Shown here: positions 1-15,467 of the stretch, one piece after another
Layout: every line of letters starts with the position of its first letter
Numbering within the stretch: the first letter of the stretch is position 1
Source: Eledone cirrhosa
Lineage: Eukaryota
Assembly (NCBI GenBank): GCA_964016885.1
Contig: OZ024741.1
Location: forward strand, 330,460,001-330,524,000
Length of the DNA: 64,000 bases
Reading direction: 5' to 3'
Made by a program: the position numbers and the translations under genes
Notes under the pieces: model-generated
Told to the model about the DNA's origin: nothing
Databases searched by the model: none
The model's input: the letters and a program-made list of their open reading frames with translations, nothing else

Positions 1-28
1 TAAGACGCTGGTCTGAGACTTTTACTTC

Positions 29-63
29 CCTCCGAAGAAGAGATATTATCTCGAAAATTAAGG
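29..63 (+). ncRNA. Possible minimal hammerhead ribozyme (U4C core variant) in a PLE-type terminal repeat
   Basis: CCT-CCGAAGA-A-GAGAT(ATT)ATCTC-GAAA-AT-TA-AGG, followed by AATAAA at 71-76. Stems I and III are very short. Confidence 0.45.
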
Positions 64-183
64 ACATTTAAATAAATTCAAGGTGAAAGACGAATTCTCA
101 TCAATATCTTTCACTATTGCATTCTTTTTTTTTCTATGTCCATATCTGCATTGTCTTGGCCTTATTACACATATTCTAACGTT

Positions 184-627
<444 letters not shown>

Positions 628-3600
628 TCATCATCATCATCATCATCATTTTACGTCCGCTTTTCCCTGCTTGCAAGGGTGGGACGGGTCTTATTCAGCA
701 CAGCATCTCTCCACTCGTCACGGTCCCTTGTCATCTCCACCGTGAGCTTCAATGATCTGAGGTCTGTTCTCACCACCTCCGCCCATGTTTTTCGTGGTCT
801 ACCTCTACCACGTCTTCCTTCAACTGGCATTTCCTGGCACTTCTTCACCCATCGGTCATCCTCCATGCGCATCACATGTCCATACCACCTCAGTCTCCTC
901 TCCCGTACACTACATTCTATCCCTCTCAGACACAGTTTCTCTCTCAACACATTTATGCTGGGTCGTTCACGCACATTTACACTGCACATCCAACGGAGCA
1001 TGCTTGCCTCATTTCTCTCCAGCCGTCGCATATCTTCTGCGGTAGCTGCCCATGTCTCACTACCATGCAGCATCGCGCTCCTCACACAGGCATCATACAA
1101 CCGGCCTTTCGTACGCAGGGAGAAACCCTTCTTCGTCAACAGAGGAAGCAGCTCCCTAAACTTCTTCCAACCCGTCCTTATTCTAGATACTATGGCCTCG
1201 GAACACCCTCCTCCCATGCTAATCTGATCTCCTAGGTACCGGAAGCTATCCACCACTTCTATAGCGCCCTCTCGCATTTGAAAAATGTGTCTATCAGTGC
1301 GACTTCTACTGTCTAATTTCCCTGTACATCTACTGCATACATATTTCTCCCTACCTGTTAGTTTGCCTGCTATCCCGCTACATCTCTTGTGTACCCAGGA
1401 CCTACATTGTGTGCATTTTATAGAATTTATGCCAGTTCCTTTTCTGCATATCGAACATGGCCATTTCCCTGACGGAATCAGGGTTTTGTCCTCTTTTCTA
1501 CTCATCAACACTTTTGTCTTAGCTAGATTTACTCTCAGTCCTCTTGCTTCCAACTGCTGTTTCCATAGCCGGAATTTATTCTCTAGCTCCTCTACTGATT
1601 CTGCCATAAGAGCCAGATCGTCAGCATAGAGAAGTTCCCATCGACAGCCAGTCTTAAACTCCTCTGTTATGGCTTGGAGGACTATAATGAACAAGAGCGG
1701 GCTGAGGACCGAACCCTGATGTACTCCTACTTGTATCTGGAATTCCTCACTAAATTCCATTCCTACCCTGACTTTACTGAGAGTACCTCTGTACAAAGTT
1801 TGCACTGTCCTTACAAGCCATTCCTCAACACCCAGCTTCCTTAGGGACCACCAGATGACAGATCGGGGTACCCTATCAAAGGCCTTCTCTAGGTCAACAA
1901 AGGCTAAGTATAGTGGCTTATTCTTCTCTAAGAACCTCTCTTGCATTTGTCTCACCAAGAAGAGGGCATCTGTTGTACTCTTCCCAGGCACAAAACCAAA
2001 CTGCATCTCATCTAGTTTGACCCTTTCTCTAATTAGTTGTGCTAAAATCCTTTCTGCCACTTTCATAACCTGATCTATCAGTTTTATACCCCTATAATTG
2101 CTCCTCTCCAAAGCATCCCCTTTACCTTTGTAGCAATTTATGAGAATACTGCTGCACCAGTCTTTGGGTATGACACCACCATATATAGCCTGATTGATTA
2201 TGCGTGCAACCAGTTTAGTGCCTACGTCCCCTGATGCCTTCAGCATCTCAGCAACTATTCCCGATGGTCCGGCCGCCTTACCATTTTTCATTTCCCTAAT
2301 CGCCTCTTGGACCCTATATTCGTCAATCTCAATAGCTGGTCCCTCTGTCGGATCTACCAAGGGTAATTTCTCTCTCTCCCATTCGTTCTCCACATTCATC
2401 AGTCTCTCATAATGACATTTCCAGGCCTCCTTTTTCTGGTCATTCGTGACACTAAGTACACCGGCATCATCCCGGACACATTTATCACCAACAACATCCT
2501 GATTTGCATTGACACACTGCCTTGCAATGTGGAACACCGCACGCCTCTGATCTTCCCGTCGCAGAACATTGGCAAACCTCCTACTCTCTGCCTCCCTGCG
2601 TGCTAAGTACACCTGACGTCTAGCTTCTCTCTTAGTGGCTGTATATTCTTCCCTACTCCCACCCTTATTCCAAGCCTTCCATGCTAGTCTTTTGTCTCTA
2701 ATAGCCTTATCTACACTGCTGTTCCACCACCAGGTCACTCTCTGTCTGGTTGGAGCTCTGCTCCAGCCACAGGTTTCATCAGTAGCCTTCAGCAAGTTGT
2801 CACGTAAGAACTTCCAGTTATTATCTATGTCATACGTCTCTAAATCGTCTTCTTTTTCGTCATATACATCTTGAAGGGCTTTCCTAAATTTGAATTTTAG
2901 TGAAAGGTCTTTTAGCTTCCAGACCTTTCTTCTCCACACCTTCCTATATGTCTCATTCCATCTCTTGCTTACTGAGATATCACTAACAACTAACCTATGC
3001 TGTGGGGTACATTCTTCCCCAGGGTATGCCTTGGTATTAGACACTATCTGCCTGTCCCGCTGCCTAACTAGCAGGAAGTCAATCTGGCTTATGTGCTCAC
3101 CAGATTTGTAGGTTATTAGGTGATTGGCAGGTTTCTGGAAGTTTGTGTTGCAAATAGTCAATGTACTTGCATCACAAAATTCAAGAAGTCTCACTCCTTC
3201 TTCATTTCTTGAACCGTAACCGTGCCCACCATGTACCCCAGTGTAACCATCCTGGAGCTGTCCAACATGACCATTGAAGTCTCCTGCTAGCATAACGATG
3301 TCTCCGTCCTCTGTCATTGTGGTTGTTTGCAAAAGTTGCTCATAAAAGCAGTCTTTCTCATCTTTGCCCAGGCCTGCTTGGGGAGCATAGACCGAGATGA
3401 TTGTCAGTAGTCTCCTACCTACAACTAATCTAAGCTTAATTATTCGATTACTAACTCGAACTACCTCTATTGTCTTATTGATCCATTTCTCAGCCAGGAA
3501 AATGCCTACTCCCCCTAACCCATCATCCTTACCTACCCAGAATAGCTTATAGCTAAGACGCTTGCCTACGACTAGTCTCGCAGAGGCACCTCTCCATCTC

Positions 3601-3906
3601 ACCTCTTGCACGCAGCACATCCACCTGCCTTCTCTCCAGCATCTCCGCTATTTCAGCAGATCTACCTCTGAGAGTGCCAACATTAAGTGTTGCAACTCTG
3701 AGATGCGACGTCTTCATATTTTTCTATGGTGTTTTGTTGCTGTGCTGATAAGCTTTTTGGCATTGATACACTGGTTGGATGCCCTTCCTAACACCAGCGC
3801 CACTTTACAGCATGGACTGGGTGCTTTTATTTGTGCCACCAGCACTAGAGAGGATGTCTTACTAGACTCAAGGGCCCTCTCTACCCCTCCATTTTACAGC
3901 ATGGTC

Positions 3907-3912
<6 letters not shown>
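628..3912 (-). mobile_element. Near full-length RTE-clade LINE (family A) with 5'UTR and (GAT)n tail
   Basis: APE endonuclease (VQE, SVYAPQ, GDFNGH, SQIDF) plus RT ([20 protein letters not shown]). Tail reads as (CAT)n at 628-648 on +. Confidence 0.95.
651..3717 (-). CDS. RTE endonuclease-reverse transcriptase ORF, with one frameshift near 3620
   Basis: 989-aa open frame at 651-3620. The upstream frame from ATG 3717 reads [33 protein letters not shown], the expected EN N-terminus. Includes a Cys/His PHD-like insert (CSIC..CTQC..HKRC..CSRC). Confidence 0.9.
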
Positions 3913-3937
<25 letters not shown>

Positions 3938-4090
3938 CTTATTGACACGACTCACACACTAATACTCATGCATACAAACCACAACCACACATACCAACAC
4001 TCATTCATGCATACAATCACACACACATATATATATATACATATATATTACCGACAGTACTGATACAAAATCAAAATCAAAGATATATAT

Positions 4091-4180
<90 letters not shown>

Positions 4181-4203
4181 GCGCACACACATATACATAT
4201 ACA

Positions 4204-4277
<74 letters not shown>

Positions 4278-4577
4278 AATTGAAACAAAATGAAAACGAA
4301 ATTTCATTTCTCACTCTTAGTATGGCACTTACTTAAATGTAAGTATGCATGTATACGTACATACATATATGTATACAGACGTACAGTAGCATGCACACAT
4401 ATATATATATATACATATATACATACATATGCATACAGGTACACATACATATATGCACGTATCAGTTTAGCGGCGCTAACGTCGCTTTGTTCGTTTGTAA
4501 ACAAACTGAACAGCCTGAATTTATGCCATACGGTGTTAAGGCAACCACGTCACCCTTTTGTTCAACACTGACACAGG

Positions 4578-4622
4578 AACGATGTACTAGTTTCAAGCTT
4601 GTTAGCTATCATCAGCACCGTT
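4578..4622 (-). ncRNA. Type I hammerhead ribozyme, R1 copy 1
   Basis: Minus strand AACGGUG-CUGAUGA-U-AGCU(AACA)AGCU-U-GAAA-CUAG-UA-CAUCGUU. Palindromic stem III ACUAGU, GUA site. Confidence 0.9.
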
Positions 4623-4668
4623 TACCCATCTGCCAGATAGTTGAACGTTCGAAAGTATATACTTTCCT

Positions 4669-4704
4669 TATGAAAATTAACGGCTGAGCAGCCTAATTTG
4701 CATA
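4669..4704. promoter_or_regulatory. Inverted octamer pair (ATGAAAAT / ATTTGCAT), repeated in each R1 unit
   Basis: TATGAAAATTA-N14-TAATTTGCATA. The same motif with N13 occurs in family R2 at 14077-14111. Confidence 0.5.
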
Positions 4705-5043
4705 TTGAGTGAGTTAAATCGGTCAGGCATACCGAAAACGATAAATTGAAACAAAATGAAAACGAAATTTCATTTCTCACTCTTAGTATGGCACTTACTT
4801 AAATGTAAGTATGCATGTATACGTACATACATATATGTATACAGACGTACAGTAGCATGCACACATATATATATATATACATATATACATACATATGCAT
4901 ACAGGTACACATACATATATGCACGTATCAGTTTAGCGGCGCTAACGTCGCTTTGTTCGTTTGTAAACAAACTGAACAGCCTGAATTTATGCCATACGGT
5001 GTTAAGGCAACCACGTCACCCTTTTGTTCAACACTGACACAGG

Positions 5044-5088
5044 AACGATGTACTAGTTTCAAGCTTGTTAGCTATCATCAGCACCGTT
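5044..5088 (-). ncRNA. Type I hammerhead ribozyme, R1 copy 2
   Basis: Identical to copy 1, offset +466. Confidence 0.9.
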
Positions 5089-5509
5089 TACCCATCTGCC
5101 AGATAGTTGAACGTTCGAAAGTATATACTTTCCTTATGAAAATTAACGGCTGAGCAGCCTAATTTGCATATTGAGTGAGTTAAATCGGTCAGGCATACCG
5201 AAAACGATAAATTGAAACAAAATGAAAACGAAATTTCATTTCTCACTCTTAGTATGGCACTTACTTAAATGTAAGTATGCATGTATACGTACATACATAT
5301 ATGTATACAGACGTACAGTAGCATGCACACATATATATATATATACATATATACATACATATGCATACAGGTACACATACATATATGCACGTATCAGTTT
5401 AGCGGCGCTAACGTCGCTTTGTTCGTTTGTAAACAAACTGAACAGCCTGAATTTATGCCATACGGTGTTAAGGCAACCACGTCACCCTTTTGTTCAACAC
5501 TAACACAGG

Positions 5510-5554
5510 AACGATGTACTAGTTTCAAGCTTGTTAGCTATCATCAGCACCGTT
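5510..5554 (-). ncRNA. Type I hammerhead ribozyme, R1 copy 3
   Basis: Identical to copy 1, offset +932. Confidence 0.9.
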
Positions 5555-5975
5555 TACCCATCTGCCAGATAGTTGAACGTTCGAAAGTATATACTTTCCT
5601 TATGAAAATTAACGGCTGAGCAGCCTAATTTGCATATTGAGTGAGTTAAATCGGTCAGGCATACCGAAAACGATAAATTGAAACAAAATGAAAACGAAAT
5701 TTCATTTCTCACTCTTAGTATGGCACTTACTTAAATGTAAGTATGCATGTATACGTACATACATATATGTATACAGACGTACAGTAGCATGCACACATAT
5801 ATATATATATACATATATACATACATATGCATACAGGTACACATACATATATGCACGTATCAGTTTAGCGGCGCTAACGTCGCTTTGTTCGTTTGTAAAC
5901 AAACTGAACAGCCTGAATTTATGCCATACGGTGTTAAGGCAACCACGTCACCCTTTTGTTCAACACTGACACAGG

Positions 5976-6020
5976 AACGATGTACTAGTTTCAAGCTTGT
6001 TAGCTATCATCAGCACCGTT
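5976..6020 (-). ncRNA. Type I hammerhead ribozyme, R1 copy 4
   Basis: Identical to copy 1, offset +1398. Confidence 0.9.
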
Positions 6021-6091
6021 TACCCATCTGCCAGATAGTTGAACGTTCGAAAGTATATACTTTCCTTATGAAAATTAACGGCTGAGCAGCC

Positions 6092-8340
<2,249 letters not shown>

Positions 8341-8843
8341 ATGTGTTTTTTTGTTTTTTTGTTTTTTTGTTTTTTTGTGAATGTGTCTGTTGATTTTTGG
8401 CATATAGTTGATTAGTTTAAGAGAAGTTCGAAGATAATAGTAAGATATGCACTCAGTATTTTGAATCTGTCTGCAGAATTCTCTAGACCTTTGTCACTTA
8501 GTAGAACCTTAATGACTTTAGCTTTTAAAGAATCTCCCTTTTCTTTAATTCTATCGACCATGACTGACCCCCCACTGACTTTATAGACATCTGTTAGCTT
8601 AAGAGAAACTTATTGACAAGGAATGGTATGCCATCCGGAACCTGTTTATAGAATTCTGTCTGCCTTTGTTACTCTAAAAACATAAATAAATATAAATAAA
8701 AATAAAAATAAACTATAGCCTTGTAGAATTAGCTTTTAATGAATTCCCTTTTCTATCAACCAATGACCTGCACCCATCCCACTCCCCACCCTCTCCTACC
8801 ACTTGTAGAGACCTATAAATACCATATTTATTTTTTGATACCC

Positions 8844-8894
8844 AGATTCCTGATGATTTCTAATGAATGAAACAGTTCTAGTCCTGTAGAATCT
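8844..8894 (+). ncRNA. Type I hammerhead ribozyme
   Basis: AGATTC-CTGATGA-T-TTC(TAAT)GAA-T-GAAA-CAG(TTCTAGTC)CTG-TA-GAATCT. Perfect 6-bp stem I. Confidence 0.85.
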
Positions 8895-8977
8895 CTTCTA
8901 TATTAAAACTGTTATACTCTGCTATGTATTGAGTACCTTACTTACTGTGGTTACCTCCGATTCAACCCGGAATAACG

Positions 8978-9041
<64 letters not shown>

Positions 9042-9109
9042 TGTATATATATGTATATATATGTATGTATATATATATATATGTATATATATGTATATAT
9101 ATATTTATA

Positions 9110-9194
<85 letters not shown>

Positions 9195-9291
9195 GTATAT
9201 ATATATGTATATATATATATATGTATATATATATGTATATATATATATATGTATATATATATGTATATATATATATATGTATATATATATG

Positions 9292-9322
<31 letters not shown>

Positions 9323-9325
9323 GTG

Positions 9326-9406
<81 letters not shown>

Positions 9407-9410
9407 GTAT

Positions 9411-11491
9411 GTGCTGAGAAGAAAGATGCATGGAAGAGTCATTATGATAGATTACTAAATGAGGAGAATGCATGGGAAGAAGAGACCCTACCCCACGTAG
9501 ACCCTATAGAGGGACCAGCAGTACAAGTCAGCGGCAGCGTAGTAAGTAAGGCAATCAGAGATATGAAGATAGGGAAGGCAACCGGTCCATCGGGTATAGC
9601 TGCCGAGATGCTGAAGGCATCTGGGTCTGTAGGTCACACTATAACCACACGTATCGTTAACCAGGTAATACTAGAGGGGGCCATACCAAAAGATTGGTGC
9701 AGTAGCATCATTGTCAACTGCTACAAAGGTAAAGGCGATGCACTAGATAGAGGAAACTATAGAGGTATAAAGTTGATGGACCAGGTCATGAAAGTAACAG
9801 AAAGAGTTATAGCACAGCTGATTAGGGACCGGGTGAATATAGACGAGATGCAATTTGGGTTTGTTCCAGGGAAAGGCACCACTGATGCGCTCTTCCTTGT
9901 GAGGCAATTACAGGAAAAGTACCTAGCTAAAAGTAAGCCACTCTACTTGGCATTTGTCGACCTTGAGAAAGCCTTTGACAGAGTTCCACGTGCAGTAATC
10001 TGGTGGGCTCTTAGAAAACTAGGAGTAGATGAATGGCTTGTGAAAGCGGTACAAGCCATGTATAGGGGAGCAGTCAGCAAAGTTAGGATTGGCAATGAGT
10101 ATAGCGAGGAATTTAGCGTACAGGTTGGGGTCCACCAGGGCTCTGTTCTTAGCCCTCTCCTGTTCATCATAGTCCTGCAGGCAATAACGGAGGAGTTTAA
10201 GACCGGATGCCCATGGGAACTCCTGTATGCTGATGACCTCGCACTCATAGCTGAATCTATGGTAGAACTAGAGAATAAATTCCAAACCTGGAAGCAGGGA
10301 CTAGAGAGAAAGGGCCTCAAAGTCAACATGACAAAGACTAAGGTCCTTATAAGTAGACGAGAAAACAGAACCCAGATCCCCTCAGGGAAATGGCCTTGCT
10401 CAGTATGTAGGAAAGGTGTAGGTAGGAACTCCATTCTCTGCCCCAAATGCAAACAATGGGTACACAAGAGATGTAGCGGGATCTCAGGAAGCTTAATTAA
10501 GAATGTAGGATTCACATGCAGCAGCTGTGCTGAAACAGCAAGCAAACAGCCACAGGAAACAAGTATCACCAATCTCTGGGAGGGCCCTGTAGAAACAGTA
10601 GACAGCTTCTGCTACCTAGGTGACCGAATTAGCAACGGAGGTGGGTGCTCAGAAAGTACAATAACTAGGGTAAGAACGGGATGGAAGAAGTTTAGGGAAC
10701 TACTACCACTGCTAGCTGCAAAAGGCTTCTCCCTCAGAATGAAAGGCAGACTGTATGATGCGTGTATCCGAACAGCGATGTTGCATGGTAGTGAGACCTG
10801 GGCGCTGAAGGTGGAAGACTTACGTAGATTAGAGAGAAACGAAGCCTGCATGCTCCGATGGATGTGTAACAGTAATATACGTGAACGACAAAGCATAAAT
10901 GAATTGAGAGAGAGACTGAGCATAAGAGGAATCAAATGCTGCGTGCAGGAGAGGCGGTTACGCTGGTATGGACATGTGATGCGTATGAAGGATGACAGCT
11001 GCATAAAAAGGTGCAGAGCACTAGAAGTTGATGGAAACCGCGGAGTGGGGAGACCCAAGATGACTTGGGATGAGGTGATAAAAGCCGACCTTACCCAACT
11101 ACACCTCTCAAAGTCAATGACACACGACCGTGACTTCTGGCGTCACGCAGTAATACAGGGTACCCGACCTCCCATGGGTACATGCTGAAGCATATAAACA
11201 ATATGCCCCCCCCCCCCCCCCACCGCAAGGTGGCCGTGGAGGTGCCACGGCAAAAAAGCACCCAGCCCACACTGTAAAGTGGACGTGTAGGCGCCACGAA
11301 AAAGCACCCAGCACTCACTGTAAATGAGGTTGGTGTTAGGAAGGGCATCCAGCTGTAGAAATCAAGCCAGATCAGTTCCTGTATGAGCAAGGCATGGTCA
11401 GCCGACCAGACACTGCCCACAACAGGACAACCCGTCTAACCCATGCTAGCGTGGAAGAACGGACGTAAAACGGTGATGATGATGATGATGA
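9411..11491 (+). mobile_element. 5'-truncated RTE LINE (family B) with open RT frame to 11188 and a 300-bp 3'UTR
   Basis: [16 protein letters not shown] and YADD motifs; (GAT)n tail. The ORF N-terminus in the track is microsatellite read-through. Confidence 0.95.
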
Positions 11492-11537
11492 TATATGTAT
11501 ATATATATGTATATATATATATATATGTGTATATATA

Positions 11538-12745
<1,208 letters not shown>

Positions 12746-12940
12746 TATATATAATTAATACAATAACAGAGATAGTTTAAAGCTAATCTCTGACTGGTAA
12801 CCATATCACTCAACAAACATTAGGTTATATTTTAATATAAACCCAATTTAAGTGTTTGGGGTGCTAACAATATGTATTATGTGGAAAAGCCAGTTGTATT
12901 ATTTTATGAGATATAAATAAAGTTAAAATATATCTCTCTT

Positions 12941-13063
12941 TCCAAACAATTGTTTCATTATAAGTTTTCTACAAATTCGGAGAATATTTCCAGTTTATGT
13001 AGAAGCCTAATATACATTCATGTAAGAATATATTTAGGTGGGCGCTTATAAATCATCAGTGGA
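12941..13063 (-). ncRNA. Hammerhead ribozyme with a large branched stem II insert
   Basis: Minus strand UCCA-CUGAUGA-U-UUAUAAG..(~79 nt)..CUUAUAA-U-GAAA-CAAUUG-UU-UGGA. Confidence 0.75.
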
Positions 13064-13260
13064 TGCCCATTAAACCTTGATATAAGAAAAACATTTCTTA
13101 CCACGGTTAAAAATCATGTCCGTTAAGTTGCTCCTTCCCGCATCGAATGACCGGCAAATTTGAAATTCCAGCAGTTTTTGACTGAGGAAGTGTTATAGCG
13201 TCACTAAGCTGGAAGGGGAGACAACTACGATCCACAAAAGGAGGAAAAAAAATAATAATA

Positions 13261-13603
13261 TACACGCGGGTTAATTAGTTTATTGGAAAACATTATCAAT
13301 CCAACGTGTTAAGAACTCAATTGAAATTAAAAAAATAAATATATGCGTGTATAAATTACACATGCATATAGATATTTTCTTAGGCTAAAATCAGAGGTTG
13401 TACCTGAATAAGAAACCGCATGTCGTAACCATAGTAAATACGGAAAGTTATGCTTAGAAGGGCAAATAGGAATGTAAATCTCCGGCCGAATTAAGAGTAA
13501 AATATAAAACACACGCGGGTTAATTAGTTATTTCAAAACTAATATCAATTCCTCGTGTAAAGAACTCAATTAATTTTAAAAAATAAATGTATGCATGTAA
13601 TTA
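13261..13603. repeat. Degenerate direct repeat, period about 250 bp
   Basis: ACACGCGGGTTAATTAGTT...AAGAACTCAATT...AAAAAATAAAT at about 13262 and 13511. Confidence 0.75.
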
Positions 13604-13619
13604 TATACATATATATTTA

Positions 13620-13678
<59 letters not shown>

Positions 13679-13745
13679 TATATCATCATCATACATATAC
13701 ATACATAAATATATATATACATATATATATATATGTATATATATA

Positions 13746-14417
13746 TAAACAATTAAGTTAAAAATGTACATCTACATATGCATACTGAAATACTAGTGTG
13801 TATATGAATACACACACGTATACATATGTAGGTGTACCAAGTCTTTCACTGGTCGCTTTGCAGTGAGCGGCCAGCTATTCTGTATGTAAACACACAGACA
13901 AACCGGTTTTTAGAGTCATACTGGTTTTTCGGGGGAACACCTTCCCCCTATTCTCCAGAAAGCCAGACAAGGAATATTGAACTAGTTTCGTTGTTGTTAC
14001 AACTCATCAGCAATATTTACCTATCTACCGGCCTTTCTGGAGAATTGTAAAAGCACATATCGTTATATGCTTTTTCTATGAAAATTAGTAGTGGGCAGAC
14101 TAATTTGCATAGAGTGTGAGTACGCACCGGTTCAGCGGAGACGATAAAAACAAATAACGAAACGAAATTAAATTTTGTTTCGTTTGTAACTCACTTTTGT
14201 ATGACTGACGCTTAAACAATTAAGTTAAAAATGTACATCTACATATGCATACTGAAATACTAGTGTGTATATGAATACACACACGTATACATATGTAGGT
14301 GTACCAAGTCTTTCACTGGTCGCTTTGCAGTGAGCGGCCAGCTATTCTGTATGTAAACACACAGACAAACCGGTTTTTAGAGTCATAATTAGAAATTTAA
14401 TTTCGTTTCGTTATTTG

Positions 14418-14424
<7 letters not shown>
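13746..14424 (-). mobile_element. 467-bp unit (1.4 tandem copies) with hammerhead: retrozyme-like family R2, with short inverted 5' piece
   Basis: The unit restarts at 14213 and runs to 14387. Positions 14393-14424 are an inverted copy of about 14143-14174. Confidence 0.85.
13973..14017 (-). ncRNA. Type I hammerhead ribozyme, R2
   Basis: AAUAUUG-CUGAUGA-GUUGU(AACA)ACAAC-GAAA-CUAG-UU-CAAUAUU. The outer stem TTCTCCAGAAAG/CTTTCTGGAGAA extends helix I. Confidence 0.9.
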
Positions 14425-14460
<36 letters not shown>

Positions 14461-14494
14461 TATATCATCATCATACATACATATACATACATAA

Positions 14495-14568
<74 letters not shown>

Positions 14569-14627
14569 CATCATCATCATCATCATCATCATCATACATA
14601 CATACATACATACATATACATACATAA

Positions 14628-15068
<441 letters not shown>

Positions 15069-15108
15069 TCATCATACATACATATACATACATAAATATA
15101 TATATATG

Positions 15109-15139
<31 letters not shown>

Positions 15140-15208
15140 TATGAAGAGAGAAGAAACATTTAGATATAATTAGTAATAAAATGTATCATACCTAAACTGC
15201 TCCTAGAT

Positions 15209-15298
15209 TCCTCGACTACGTAGTTTCGTGGCATAAACAAAAACAATACATCATAAAGATATAGAGTCCTTGCGAGGTCTGCCGACTTATCAAGAGGA
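15209..15298 (-). ncRNA. Hammerhead ribozyme, U3-A8 core variant
   Basis: UCCUC-UUGAUAA-GUCGGCA...UGCCAC-GAAA-CUACGUAG-UC-GAGGA. Palindromic stem III, GUC site. Confidence 0.75.
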
Positions 15299-15467
15299 TA
15301 CCTCATTTTACTAGTCTCAAGAACGCGTCTATACGACGTGAGAAAGAATCCCAAAAGGCGGAGGGGGAGATAGTCACGCGATATAACGGTCGAGAAACAG
15401 AGCTATATATATATATATATCATCATCATACATACATATACATACATAAATATATAAATACATATAT

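Larger units (their letters stand above)
4275..6093 (-). mobile_element. 466-bp tandem repeat (3.9 copies), each unit carrying a hammerhead: retrozyme-like array, family R1
   Basis: Units start at 4275, 4741, 5207 and 5673. They are near identical (one substitution seen near 5501), non-coding, and flanked by (TA)n. Confidence 0.9.

Noticed and set aside
785-3111. Antisense ORFs overlapping the LINE ORFs (here and in other LINE/PLE copies)
   Set aside because: Shadow frames of RT coding sequence with no independent motifs.
4290-6085. Repeated 93-, 66- and 112-aa ORFs in the 466-bp array
   Set aside because: No domain, partly microsatellite-derived, and not conserved in the R2 family.
4275-6093. 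CRISPR-like or rDNA/5S/snRNA gene array
   Set aside because: Units are identical with no spacers, the context is eukaryotic, and no rRNA or snRNA sequence is recognisable.
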